DNA of 24,000 nucleotides. Source: Methanocorpusculum parvum (GTDB taxonomy: Archaea; Halobacteriota; Methanomicrobia; Methanomicrobiales; Methanocorpusculaceae). The stretch lies in NCBI RefSeq assembly GCF_002287215.1, contig NZ_LMVO01000023.1. One strand, written 5' to 3'. The notes under the pieces were generated by a model. That model saw nothing but the letters and a program-made list of their open reading frames with translations. It was not told the origin of the DNA and searched no databases. The translations under genes and the position numbers were made by a program. This document shows positions 1 to 8,019 of this stretch, one piece after another; the first letter of the stretch is position 1, and each line of letters begins with the position of its first letter.

Positions 1-424
1 TCAGATCGGTCACGGCCTTTTCCAAAGGAAGGACGAAGAGAAACTTTGGGACATCGGCAAATCCGTGGAGACCGAAGACAACGTAGAAGGGATTTCCCTC
101 GGCTTTTGCATAGGCAAGATATTTGTCGAAGATCTCCTGCGTCGTCCACGGCAGATAGGCTTCGCCGTCCTCACCGACAAACATCCTGCTCCGGTAACAG
201 GTGACCAGATCAAAACGGACCTCGTCCGCATCTCTCAGAGCAAGAAGATCCGGCTCCCCTGATTGCCGTTCTTCGCGGCCGGTCGCCGTCCAGCCGCTGC
301 CAAGCCGTTTGATCACATACTCGCGAAACGCCAGAGCTACCAAGGGGTTGCCGTCGTCAGGTTCCGTGTCCTTATCCGGATACCAGACGCCCAGAGCACG
401 TTCGATGTTGCCTAATAATCCCAT
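1..424 (-). CDS. hypothetical protein, partial (3-prime end lies beyond the left window edge)
   Basis: Absent from the supplied ORF track because no stop codon lies in-window. My reverse-strand translation from ATG (complement of cat 422-424) reads MGLLGNIERALGVWYPDKDTEPDDGNPLVALAFREYVIKRLGSGWTATGREERQSGEPDLLALRDADEVRFDLVTCYRSRMFVGEDGEAYLPWTTQEIFDKYLAYAKAEGNPFYVVFGLHGFADVPKFLFVLPLEKAVTDL, with no stop down to base 2. It starts 13 nt after the stop of the upstream same-strand GS-family gene. Amino-acid composition is balanced. No family recognised. Confidence 0.5.
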   Translation of the reverse strand, partial: MGLLGNIERALGVWYPDKDTEPDDGNPLVALAFREYVIKRLGSGWTATGREERQSGEPDLLALRDADEVRFDLVTCYRSRMFVGEDGEAYLPWTTQEIFDKYLAYAKAEGNPFYVVFGLHGFADVPKFLFVLPLEKAVTDL

Positions 425-437
425 ATGATATTATTGT

Positions 438-1940
438 TCAGGCGACGTGGATGAACTTTTCCACAAGTTCCGAGAAGGCTTTTGCGTCGCCGAGGATCCG
501 GTCGGAGAGACCCTGATCATTGAATGCCTTCAGCTTTGCAGCCTGCGCTTCGAGAACGCCTGCCGGGAAGATCTCATCGCGTTCAAATATCTTGCGTTTG
601 GCGATAAGGATGTCGGCAGACTCGGAACAGCAGGTCGGCAGCTGACGCAGGGTCTTGAGGAACGATTTGTACTCCTCGTTGAAGATGTTGCCAGAAGCGT
701 AGAGTTCATCTGCTTTCGTAAGAGCGCCGTTCATGCCGAGTCCGTGGATAGCGCCGCAGATGAGGCAGGCGACGGTTTCGTAGATATCAGCCGAACCGTC
801 GGCTACACGGTATTCGAAGGTCTGTTTGGAGAGTTTGTCGGCTTTGCGTTTGAGACCGAAGTTTGCTTCGGCAGCCATGTCGGTGGAACCCGTCCAGCCG
901 AGAGGAACGCGAACGACAACGGACCGGTTCCGGTCACCCCAGCAGATGTAGGTCGGCGCTTCCTGGTGCGGGACAAGTCTGAGGTAGGAGGTGGGGATGG
1001 TGTTTCCAAACGCGGTGACCGCATCGCCGACGTCGAGGATACCGACGATCATGCGTTTGGCGGTGTCGGAAAGCACGCCGTCTTTGATCATGACGTTTTT
1101 GCCGTTCTTTTCGGCAAGCATGTGGAAGTGGAGGCCGGAACCTGCTTTACCGACGGTGATCTTCGGAGCAAAAGACACTTCTACGCCGTACTGGGCGCCG
1201 AGCATGCGGAGGATCCATTTGGCGATGATGATCTGTTCGACGGCAAACACCGGGCTTGTCGGCAGGAACTCGATCTCATGCTGCTCATAATAGTAGCCGT
1301 CTTTGGTGAAACTGCCGACTTCGGAGTGTCCGTATTTGATCTGGCCGCCTGCACGGGAAAGCATAAGCATTGCTTCGGTGCGCATTGCTTCGAATTTGCA
1401 GAAGGGACCTGATTCATGGTAGCCTTTCTGATCGCGTCCCGGATAGAGCGCCTCTTCTTCACAGATGACATAGTATTCGAGTTCTCCAAGACACTTGAAC
1501 TCCATGCCGGTGTGTTTTTTGAATGCGGTTTCGGCCTGACGAAGGATATACTCCGGGGATGAATTGAGGGGACGCCCGGTGCTGTCATAGTAGGAACAGA
1601 GGATGTTTAAGGTCGGGACCTCGGAGAAGGGGTCCATGAACGCGGTGCTGTACCGCGGAACGACATAGAGGTCAGAGCTTGCTGCGTCGATGAAGGAGAA
1701 AAGATTGCTTCCGTCGACGCGTTCACCGTCAGAGAGGATGGTGTCGAGATACTCTTTGGAAGAGATCGCAAAGTTCAGGGTCTTGAGTTTTCCGTCGCAG
1801 GCAACGTAACGGAAGTTGACCATTTTGACATCGTTTTCTTCACAGAAACGGAGTATATCGTCTTTTGTAAAGTATTCCGGACTTTTTTTCAGATACTGTA
1901 CTAAGTCGTTGGGGTTCATCAGGACCTCTGCATCGTTCAT
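438..1940 (-). CDS. glnA: glutamine synthetase family protein
   Basis: 500-aa ORF. It has a GS beta-grasp N-domain (VKMVNFRYVACDGKLKTLNF; DGSNLF...DLYVVPRYSTAFMDPF) and catalytic-domain blocks GELEYYV, KYGHSEVG...EQHEIEF, KAGSGLHFHM, SYLRLVPHQEAPTYICWGDRNRSVVVRVP. It is somewhat longer than typical GSI, so the subfamily is uncertain. Confidence 0.85.
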   Translation of the reverse strand: MNDAEVLMNPNDLVQYLKKSPEYFTKDDILRFCEENDVKMVNFRYVACDGKLKTLNFAISSKEYLDTILSDGERVDGSNLFSFIDAASSDLYVVPRYSTAFMDPFSEVPTLNILCSYYDSTGRPLNSSPEYILRQAETAFKKHTGMEFKCLGELEYYVICEEEALYPGRDQKGYHESGPFCKFEAMRTEAMLMLSRAGGQIKYGHSEVGSFTKDGYYYEQHEIEFLPTSPVFAVEQIIIAKWILRMLGAQYGVEVSFAPKITVGKAGSGLHFHMLAEKNGKNVMIKDGVLSDTAKRMIVGILDVGDAVTAFGNTIPTSYLRLVPHQEAPTYICWGDRNRSVVVRVPLGWTGSTDMAAEANFGLKRKADKLSKQTFEYRVADGSADIYETVACLICGAIHGLGMNGALTKADELYASGNIFNEEYKSFLKTLRQLPTCCSESADILIAKRKIFERDEIFPAGVLEAQAAKLKAFNDQGLSDRILGDAKAFSELVEKFIHVA

Positions 1941-2103
1941 AGTATTACTATGTTGGTGTTTTTTGTATTAAGTCGAATAGGTTTTTTGCGGCGCCTTCAC
2001 CGGACACGGGGGGTCGGCGGGACGGATATGGATACGTCATGATAAATATCGCGGCCGCACCGGTCTGACCGCCCTCTCACGGTAAGTGCTCAGATGCGAT
2101 AGA

Positions 2104-2111
2104 TTTTAAAT
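2104..2111 (+). promoter_or_regulatory. TATA-box-like element upstream of pan
   Basis: ttttaaat lies about 28-35 nt upstream of the ATG at 2139, which fits archaeal TATA spacing with a very short leader. Sequence inspection only. Confidence 0.4.
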
Positions 2112-2138
2112 CACGAACTCTAAACGTATCTACACTAT

Positions 2139-3428
2139 ATGGAAGACGAGATAACAACTCCCAATACTGCCCGCACGCGCGAGTCCCCTTTCTCCCCGGA
2201 TGCCCTTGACTTCGGGGATCTCAATGACCAATACGCCAAGGTACGCGAAGAAGCACACTTCCTGAAAAAAGAGAACGATTCTCTCCATAAAATAATCAAA
2301 ACAACAAAAACCGAGAACGATTCACTCAGACAGGAAAACAACAAGATCCGGATGGACAATGCCCAGCTGAAAAAGGAGAATGCCCAGCTGAAACGTCTGC
2401 CCCTGTTTGTTGCGGTCGTTTTGGAGAAACTCGACGAGAATGAGCTGTATCTTCGTCAGCTCGGCAACAATCAGGAGTATGTGACCCAGGCAAACCCCGT
2501 GCTTTATGCCGAAGTCAAGGCAGGGACCAAAGTTGCGGTCAACAACACGCTTTCGGTCGTCAAGATCCTTGGAAACACCATCGACGAGAGGGTCCGCGTG
2601 ATGGAACTGGAAGAAAAGCCGACGATCACCTTCGCCGACATCGGCGGCCTGAAAAATGAGATCACCGAAGTCCGTGAAGCGGTCGAATATCCTCTGACAA
2701 GGCCCGAATCCTTCGAGAAGTTCGGCGTCGTCCCGCCCAAAGGCGTGCTTCTCTACGGGCCGCCGGGAACCGGCAAGACGCTGATCGCCAAAGCGGTGGC
2801 AAATAATGCAGGCGTTCCGTTCCTGAGAATGGCCGGGTCCGAACTTGTCCACAAGTACATCGGCGAAGGCGCCCAGCTCGTCCGCGACCTCTTTGAGATG
2901 GCACGTGATCTTGCAGAAAAGAACAACGGCGTCGTGGTCTTCATCGACGAGATCGACGCGGTCGGAAGTATGCGGACCAACGACGGAACATCCGGCTCAG
3001 CCGAGGTCCAGCGGACCCTCATGCAGCTTCTTGCCGAGATGGACGGGTTCAACAACCGCGGAAACATCCGGATCATGGCGGCCACCAACCGCCCTGATAT
3101 GCTGGACGCCGCTCTCCTCCGCCCGGGAAGATTCGACCGCCTGATCAAGATCCCCGCGCCCGACAGCGAAGCAAGAATGCAGATCTTCAAGGTCCACATG
3201 AAGAAGATGGAGGCGGCAGGCTCTGTCTCCTGCGTCGATTACGATGAACTGGTTCGTATGAGCGACGGACTGACCGGAGCCGAGATCGAAGCGATCTGCC
3301 GCGAGGCAGGTATGCTTGCCATCAGAAACAATGATGATCTGATCACCAGCACGAACTTTATGCAGGCTATCCGGAAGGTCAAGCATCAGGACAAGGATGA
3401 TGAGCGCCGGGATATAATGTATATCTGA
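2139..3428 (+). CDS. pan: proteasome-activating nucleotidase (PAN, AAA+ ATPase)
   Basis: 429 aa. The N-terminus is a coiled coil with internal duplications (ENDSL x2, NAQLKKENAQLK). An OB-like segment follows, then Walker A GPPGTGKT, Walker B VVFIDEIDA and second region of homology ATNRPDMLDAALLRPGRFD. The C-terminal M-Y-I fits the HbYX proteasome-docking motif. Confidence 0.95.
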   Translation: MEDEITTPNTARTRESPFSPDALDFGDLNDQYAKVREEAHFLKKENDSLHKIIKTTKTENDSLRQENNKIRMDNAQLKKENAQLKRLPLFVAVVLEKLDENELYLRQLGNNQEYVTQANPVLYAEVKAGTKVAVNNTLSVVKILGNTIDERVRVMELEEKPTITFADIGGLKNEITEVREAVEYPLTRPESFEKFGVVPPKGVLLYGPPGTGKTLIAKAVANNAGVPFLRMAGSELVHKYIGEGAQLVRDLFEMARDLAEKNNGVVVFIDEIDAVGSMRTNDGTSGSAEVQRTLMQLLAEMDGFNNRGNIRIMAATNRPDMLDAALLRPGRFDRLIKIPAPDSEARMQIFKVHMKKMEAAGSVSCVDYDELVRMSDGLTGAEIEAICREAGMLAIRNNDDLITSTNFMQAIRKVKHQDKDDERRDIMYI

Positions 3429-3847
3429 TGCGTCTGGTCTGTATTGGCAAAGCAGGAATCGATCTGTACCGGACCCTCTCGGACTCCGAGACGAGCCGGC
3501 ACATCCTCCGGTTCTACCATCCAAAAGAGATGCCCTGGGGCGTAACGCTCGAGGTGGCGACCGTGTCGAGCGGTCTGTCCCTCACAAGCGAGCTGCGCTG
3601 GTATATCATGCGTTATATGAGGGAGGTGCTCTTTGAAGATACGGAGCATGCCGTCTATCTGACCCGCGATCTGGCACGCGAGGTGTATGAAACCAGATCG
3701 GCGGCTTTGATCGACGGCTGGAATATCTCGTTTCGGGTCGTGATTTTGAATGACGGGACCTCAGCGAGGCTGCCCGACGGCGTGCCGGTTCCCGACGGAG
3801 TCGTTCAGACATTTCGCGTCTGGGGTCTGGCGCGGGAACATCCATAA
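3428..3847 (+). CDS. hypothetical protein, translationally coupled to pan
   Basis: 139-aa ORF. Its ATG shares one base with the pan stop (TGATG at 3426-3430). Composition is plausible and no family was recognised. Confidence 0.55.
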   Translation: MRLVCIGKAGIDLYRTLSDSETSRHILRFYHPKEMPWGVTLEVATVSSGLSLTSELRWYIMRYMREVLFEDTEHAVYLTRDLAREVYETRSAALIDGWNISFRVVILNDGTSARLPDGVPVPDGVVQTFRVWGLAREHP

Positions 3848-3885
3848 GATATAATCCGTCGAAATACTAATGGAGTAGTAACAGT

Positions 3886-4209
3886 ATGGCACTTCATCTT
3901 TCTTTTACTCTGGATCCTGAGCTTGCAGAGCGGGTGGATATTTTTGCAAAGAAACAGGAGCTGGAGAGAAACGAGGCCCTGCTCCGTCTGATCGAAGGCG
4001 GCCTTGTGCAGGCCGAACAGGCAGGGATCGTCGCGCCGCCGCGGGAGAGGAGCTTTAAAGAGACGGCACGGATGCAGAAGAATATCGATATGCTGGTCCG
4101 AAACATCGATGAGCTGAAAAAAGAGGTGCGGGTGATGCATCATCTGCTGAATCTGCAGAAAGATGCGGCGGCGGCCAGACCCGCGCACCGCGGTTTTTTT
4201 AAGAAATAA
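3886..4209 (+). CDS. ribbon-helix-helix (CopG/Arc-like) domain protein with C-terminal coiled coil
   Basis: 107 aa. The N-terminal LSFTLDPELAERVDIFAKKQELERNEALLRLIEGGL matches the beta-strand/helix/helix pattern of RHH DNA-binding proteins. GGAG lies 11 nt upstream of the ATG. A helical heptad-like C-terminal half (MQKNIDMLVRNIDELKKEVRVMHHLLNLQK) follows. Confidence 0.6.
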   Translation: MALHLSFTLDPELAERVDIFAKKQELERNEALLRLIEGGLVQAEQAGIVAPPRERSFKETARMQKNIDMLVRNIDELKKEVRVMHHLLNLQKDAAAARPAHRGFFKK

Positions 4210-4210
4210 G

Positions 4211-4219
4211 TTTTTTTTT
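4211..4219 (+). terminator. oligo-T (T9) tract, likely archaeal terminator
   Basis: A run of nine T starts 2 nt after the RHH gene stop. It overlaps the stop codon of the convergent gene ending at 4218. Confidence 0.45.
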
Positions 4220-4973
4220 ATTCGGTGACAACCACCTGATCCTCTACAAGGAACGGACTTTTCCTCAAAGAGAGGGAGAGAAGATAGGGGTAGTTTCTGC
4301 TCAGATACTCCATGTGGTCGAGCCATGCGGCAGTGAGCTGGCAGTATACCCGGTTGACGTCGCCTGTGAGGTGGGCCAGATCGGAGGCGGGCACGCAGAG
4401 GATATCGGTGCGGCAGGCGAGTTCTTCACCCAGGTGGAAGAGATCCTGCAGGAGTTTGGAGACGCTGTTTTGTTCAAGCAGTACGGGATTTTCGATCAGA
4501 CGAAGCAGAAAATCATGCTTCTGCATGAACAGGTCTCTGATCGCGACAAGGTCTTTATGGGTCGGATGGGTCTGGGTGCAGAAGAGCGACGCATGGCGTT
4601 TCGCCAGAGCGTAGTCGGTTTTGCTCCAGGTTTTTGTCACCTGCATGCTTTCGCGCAGTTTTTCCGGAGCTTTGTCCCATTGGACCATCTTTCGCAGGAG
4701 GGCGTCACCCATCTCGGAGAAGAAGAGGCCGATCACCATACGGGTCTTTTCCTGCTGTTCACGTTTCGTCCGCATCGTTAACAGACGGTTGATGATCAGC
4801 GTAACGATCAGGATGTTGATCGGCAGAAAGCCCAGACTGTTAAAAATGTATGATAAGGTGTTGCTTTCTCCATTATCTCCGAAGAAGAGGAATTTTACCG
4901 CGTACACGCAGATCGAGATCGCGATAAGAAGAATCGCGAGACGCGCCTCCCAGGTGAGTCTGATGGGTTTCAT
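4218..4973 (-). CDS. hypothetical membrane-anchored protein (two N-terminal TM helices plus helical soluble domain)
   Basis: 251-aa ORF. Hydrophobic helices are LAILLIAISICVYAVKFLFF and FLPINILIVTLIINRLL. There is an ATGA start/stop overlap with the upstream isomerase gene (4970-4973). No family recognised. Confidence 0.6.
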   Translation of the reverse strand: MKPIRLTWEARLAILLIAISICVYAVKFLFFGDNGESNTLSYIFNSLGFLPINILIVTLIINRLLTMRTKREQQEKTRMVIGLFFSEMGDALLRKMVQWDKAPEKLRESMQVTKTWSKTDYALAKRHASLFCTQTHPTHKDLVAIRDLFMQKHDFLLRLIENPVLLEQNSVSKLLQDLFHLGEELACRTDILCVPASDLAHLTGDVNRVYCQLTAAWLDHMEYLSRNYPYLLSLSLRKSPFLVEDQVVVTE

Positions 4974-5695
4974 TTATACCCCTTTTCCCTGAGGAGTGCA
5001 AGACTCAGGAGTGCCCCCTCAAGAGTGCCTGTCTCGATCACAGGATTTCGGATGCCGTTTTCCCGGACTTTTTTCATAACAGCGTCAAAGTCGATGCAGC
5101 CTTCGCCGACGGCTGAGTGGCTGTCGTGTTTTCCGTCATTGTCGTGGAGATGGACATGCGAGAAGGGGACCTCGAGAAATGCCGGCAGGTTGCCGCACTC
5201 GTTGGCGTGTCCGACGTCCAGACAGAACAGAGCGCCGTCCAAAAGCCCGATGTCGTCAGGGGTCTTGAGGTAAAAATACCCCCAGTTCCCCATGTTTTCA
5301 ATGAAGTAGGTGACCCCGAACTCGGCGGCGTCCGAGCGGATCTGGGCGAGGGAGGCGCGGAGGTTTCTGCCGGCGAGTTCGCGTTCATACTCCCATGCGA
5401 TGTATCCCGGGTGGATGACGACGGGAGCGCCTACTTCGGCGGCGATCGAAAAGGTGTCATGGATGACCTCCACGGCGGCCCGCCGGATCGGTTCCAGGAC
5501 AGACGCGAGGTTCACGCCGCGGGAGGGGGCATGGATACTGTAGGTATATGAATATGAGTGAAGGAGTTCGGCGCCGGTGAGGAAGTGGGGGCCGTCGTCC
5601 ATGATCTCGACGTGATCCGTATGGGGTGCGAGAGTATCCAGCACGGTGTCCAGGGGGTCTGAGTGAAGGCAGTGCGTCGAGATCGAGTAGTCCAT
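4970..5695 (-). CDS. sugar phosphate isomerase/epimerase (xylose-isomerase-like TIM barrel)
   Basis: Pattern typical of the AP-endonuclease-2/xylose-isomerase-like TIM-barrel family: HAPS..., VVIHPG, YFIENM, LDVGHAN, HLHDNDG..DSH. I chose the ATG at 5695 (MDYSISTH...). The track ORF extends to 5740, but the extra 15 codons (MCANHFLCGQAICIH) look non-native. Confidence 0.75.
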   Translation of the reverse strand: MDYSISTHCLHSDPLDTVLDTLAPHTDHVEIMDDGPHFLTGAELLHSYSYTYSIHAPSRGVNLASVLEPIRRAAVEVIHDTFSIAAEVGAPVVIHPGYIAWEYERELAGRNLRASLAQIRSDAAEFGVTYFIENMGNWGYFYLKTPDDIGLLDGALFCLDVGHANECGNLPAFLEVPFSHVHLHDNDGKHDSHSAVGEGCIDFDAVMKKVRENGIRNPVIETGTLEGALLSLALLREKGYK

Positions 5696-5845
5696 ATGAA
5701 TACATATTGCCTGCCCGCACAAAAAATGATTCGCACACATAGCCGGAGTCAGAATGGTTTTACGCCGGACCTTGCGCCCGCATCCTATCGGAGATCCAAA
5801 AAGGCACCCGCCAACTCTTTATCATCCACGCACAAACACATAGGC

Positions 5846-6568
5846 ATGAATACAGACGGGCGGACCGGAAAGGAGCTGATATACCGCATCCTTTTGCGTT
5901 TTTTCTATCTGGTCGTCCCGATCCTGGTCTATCTCGTTCTCCTCGGTGTGTTCTGGTTCGTGTTTCCTCCAGAGACAGGCGTGTTCAGTATGCCGCCAAG
6001 TCCCGAGTATCTCGGGCTTATAGGTCTGATGGGCGCCTATCTTGTGCCGCCGTTTGGCAAGGAGACGATCATCCCCCTCGCCCTCGCTCTCGGCTATCCG
6101 GTATGGGTCATCTTTCTCGGGGTTGTCGGGATGGATATCGTCACGGCGACGTTCGTTTCACTGAACTTCGATCTTCTGCTCAGGGTCCCGCTTATCGGGC
6201 GGTGGATCAGGTGGGTCGTACGAACTGCTGACAAGGTCCTGCAAACCAAGCCTTGGGTGGAGCAGCTGGCAAGTGCAGGTCTCCTGCTGTTTATGTACAT
6301 CCCGCTCCAGGGTTCAGGGTCGATCACCTGTTCGGTGATTGGGCGGCTTCTCGGCTATAAACCGGCAGCCAGCCTGGGACTCGTGATCATCGGAAGCGTG
6401 CTCTCCACGCTTACGGTCGCTCTGGGAGCGTCGTCGGTGATCCAGCTGTGGCACATCAATCCGCTTCTGGGTATTGCCGCGGCAGTGATCATCCTTGCTC
6501 TTATCCTGGCGATAGCGTATGTCTGGAGCAGATTCACGAAAAGATTCTACCGTAAGGATGGAGTATGA
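5846..6568 (+). CDS. polytopic membrane protein, small multidrug-export-like (COG2426/PF06695-like) family, paralogue 1
   Basis: 240 aa from the internal ATG at 5846. The upstream part of the track ORF overlaps the divergent isomerase gene. Motifs GKETIIPLALALG and YIPLQGSGSITCSVIGRLLG resemble the family blocks as I remember them (unverified). The protein has multiple TM helices. Confidence 0.6.
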   Translation: MNTDGRTGKELIYRILLRFFYLVVPILVYLVLLGVFWFVFPPETGVFSMPPSPEYLGLIGLMGAYLVPPFGKETIIPLALALGYPVWVIFLGVVGMDIVTATFVSLNFDLLLRVPLIGRWIRWVVRTADKVLQTKPWVEQLASAGLLLFMYIPLQGSGSITCSVIGRLLGYKPAASLGLVIIGSVLSTLTVALGASSVIQLWHINPLLGIAAAVIILALILAIAYVWSRFTKRFYRKDGV

Positions 6569-7248
6569 CCGAGGAGATCTTTCCTTATTATAAACCGCCG
6601 CTGAAGATCAGGGCCGCAATGACCTTTGGGATGTTTGGGCTTCTGGCCGTTTTCGTCGTCTGGCTGTTTGCCTATCTGCCGACTGAAATGTTCATTCTCG
6701 GCGTCTCTCTTTTTGCTCTCTACATGGCGCCCGGCGCCGGAAAAGAGAGTATCATCCCGGTCATGATGGGATTTGGTTTTCCCTGGTGGCTGGTTTTGAT
6801 CGGGATCGTGATGATCGACATGACCCTGGCGGTACTTGTTTCGTTCAACTTCGATCTGCTGCTCAAGATCCCGCTTCTCGGCCAGATACTGCTGTTTTTC
6901 ACCGGAAAAACAAATAATCTTCTTCAGAGAAAACCCTGGATCAAAGGCCTTTCCGTAGGGGGTCTGCTGATCTTTATGTTCACCCCGTTTATGGGTTCCA
7001 GCGCGATCGACACTTCGATCATCGGAAGGCTGCTTTCGATCCATCCGAAGATCATTCTGCCGATCGTGTTCTTCGGCAGTATCCTTGCCACACTGACGAT
7101 GGCGTTTGGCGCAAGGGCGATCATCGATCTCTGGTTTGTGGAGCCGGTATACGCAGTAGGGGCGGTCGCGGGCGTAATAGCAGGTATTATTCTGATCTAT
7201 ATCTTCTGGCAGAAGTTTACCGCCCGCAGGTTTCCGAAAAAAGAGTGA
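6565..7248 (+). CDS. polytopic membrane protein, paralogue 2 of the preceding gene
   Basis: 227 aa, with an ATGA overlap to the preceding gene. It is colinear with paralogue 1: GKESIIPVMMGFG / GKETIIPLALALG; SFNFDLLLKIPLLG / SLNFDLLLRVPLIG; KPWIKGLSVGGLLIFMFTPFMGSSAIDTSIIGRLL / KPWVEQLASAGLLLFMYIPLQGSGSITCSVIGRLL. Confidence 0.65.
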   Translation: MTEEIFPYYKPPLKIRAAMTFGMFGLLAVFVVWLFAYLPTEMFILGVSLFALYMAPGAGKESIIPVMMGFGFPWWLVLIGIVMIDMTLAVLVSFNFDLLLKIPLLGQILLFFTGKTNNLLQRKPWIKGLSVGGLLIFMFTPFMGSSAIDTSIIGRLLSIHPKIILPIVFFGSILATLTMAFGARAIIDLWFVEPVYAVGAVAGVIAGIILIYIFWQKFTARRFPKKE

Positions 7249-7254
7249 AGTATC

Positions 7255-7587
7255 CTATTTTTTCAGATAGAGGATCCAGCCGATCCCGATCCCCATGACC
7301 GAGGTGATGACATAGAAGGCGAGATAGACGAGCGCCGAGTCATTGTAGAAGAGATACATGGCGGGGATGAATCCGGCGCCGGCAAAGATCGGCAGAAGGA
7401 TAGCGGATTTTTTGATGCCGCAGAGAAGTCCAAAAACGATGCCGCAGAAAAGGCAGGTGAGGGGGTTCACTGCCAAGAGAAGGAACCATGCAGGCCCTCC
7501 TGCCTGAAGGAACATCGGCGGGAGGAGGTAATAGACAAGGCCGGTCAAGATAAGTGCGGCGCCAAGCGCCGGGATGAGGGGTTTCAT
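7255..7587 (-). CDS. hypothetical small membrane protein (about 4 TM)
   Basis: 110 aa from the ATG at 7587 (MKPLIPALGAALILTGLVYYLL...). The longer track ORF (to 7704) overlaps the upstream small gene and has a Ser/Pro-rich, non-native-looking extension. Confidence 0.5.
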   Translation of the reverse strand: MKPLIPALGAALILTGLVYYLLPPMFLQAGGPAWFLLLAVNPLTCLFCGIVFGLLCGIKKSAILLPIFAGAGFIPAMYLFYNDSALVYLAFYVITSVMGIGIGWILYLKK

Positions 7588-7591
7588 GATC

Positions 7592-7774
7592 CTATTTGTT
7601 GAAGAGGAGGAGAGCTGCGCCGTAGAGGGAAACGCCGAGGGAGAGCATAAGAATCGCGGACTCGGGCTGGATCTTATGCATGAGGGATAAAACAAATACG
7701 GCAATTCCCATGGCGAGACCGATGGCTGTGCAGATTAGTCGCGGGTGATTGACCGGGGCTGGTTCCTGTGTCAT
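7592..7774 (-). CDS. hypothetical small membrane protein (2 TM)
   Basis: 60-aa ORF with two hydrophobic helices. It ends 4 nt before the next gene start and has a TATA-like box at the appropriate distance upstream. Confidence 0.4.
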   Translation of the reverse strand: MTQEPAPVNHPRLICTAIGLAMGIAVFVLSLMHKIQPESAILMLSLGVSLYGAALLLFNK

Positions 7775-7794
7775 GGATACACATATGTCCCTTC

Positions 7795-7801
7795 TTTTAT
7801 A
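7795..7801 (-). promoter_or_regulatory. TATA-box-like element (TATAAAA on minus strand) for the 7774 gene
   Basis: The minus strand reads CATATAAAAGAAGGGACATATGTGTATCC-ATG. The TATA starts 27 nt upstream of the ATG, implying a leaderless or near-leaderless mRNA. Confidence 0.4.
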
Positions 7802-7968
7802 TGAAAAGAACGGGGCGTTTTGCGGGAGAAAAAGCCTGCACCCGATACGGGAGTTATGCGCTCCGGGGCGGTTTTCCGGTCAGCACCCTGCCGTAAGCGG
7901 TCCTGCGGGGAAAAAAGTCTGCAGTTCTTTCCCGCGGCAGAGCAAATCCTGCCGATGAAAACGGTGGC

Positions 7969-7976
7969 TTTATATC
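7969..7976 (+). promoter_or_regulatory. TATA-box-like element upstream of tRNA-Arg
   Basis: tttatatc lies about 44-51 nt upstream of the mature tRNA 5-prime end, consistent with a pre-tRNA leader of about 20 nt. Confidence 0.4.
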
Positions 7977-8019
7977 ATTCAAGAGGCTATCTAGTAGAGC
8001 ACTTAGTGTGTAAACACAA

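Noticed and set aside
447-1412. 321-aa plus-strand ORF
   Set aside because: It is entirely antisense to the well-supported GS-family gene. Its Arg/Gly/Asp/Val-rich composition is typical of a shadow frame in GC-rich coding DNA, and it has no motifs.
1941-2138. Search for an NrpR-type nitrogen operator (GGAA-N6-TTCC) in the divergent glnA/pan spacer
   Set aside because: I could not find the motif by eye. Only weak, imperfect repeats are present (CACCGG(A/T)C x2, a NotI-type palindrome), so no regulatory call was made.
2322-3524. Several 148-176-aa minus-strand ORFs
   Set aside because: They are antisense shadow frames inside the PAN gene, which has unambiguous AAA+ motifs on the plus strand.
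3428-4209. The 139-aa ORF plus RHH protein as a toxin-antitoxin pair
   Set aside because: The RHH gene is downstream rather than upstream and is separated by 38 nt. It has a long coiled-coil tail atypical of RHH antitoxins. The 139-aa protein shows no PIN, RelE, MazF or Doc-type motif that I can see, and it is coupled to pan instead.
5663-5845. N-terminal 61-codon extension of the 301-aa plus-strand ORF
   Set aside because: It overlaps the divergent isomerase gene and its promoter region. The extension is basic and Ser-rich with no TM character. The internal ATG at 5846 gives a protein colinear with its paralogue.
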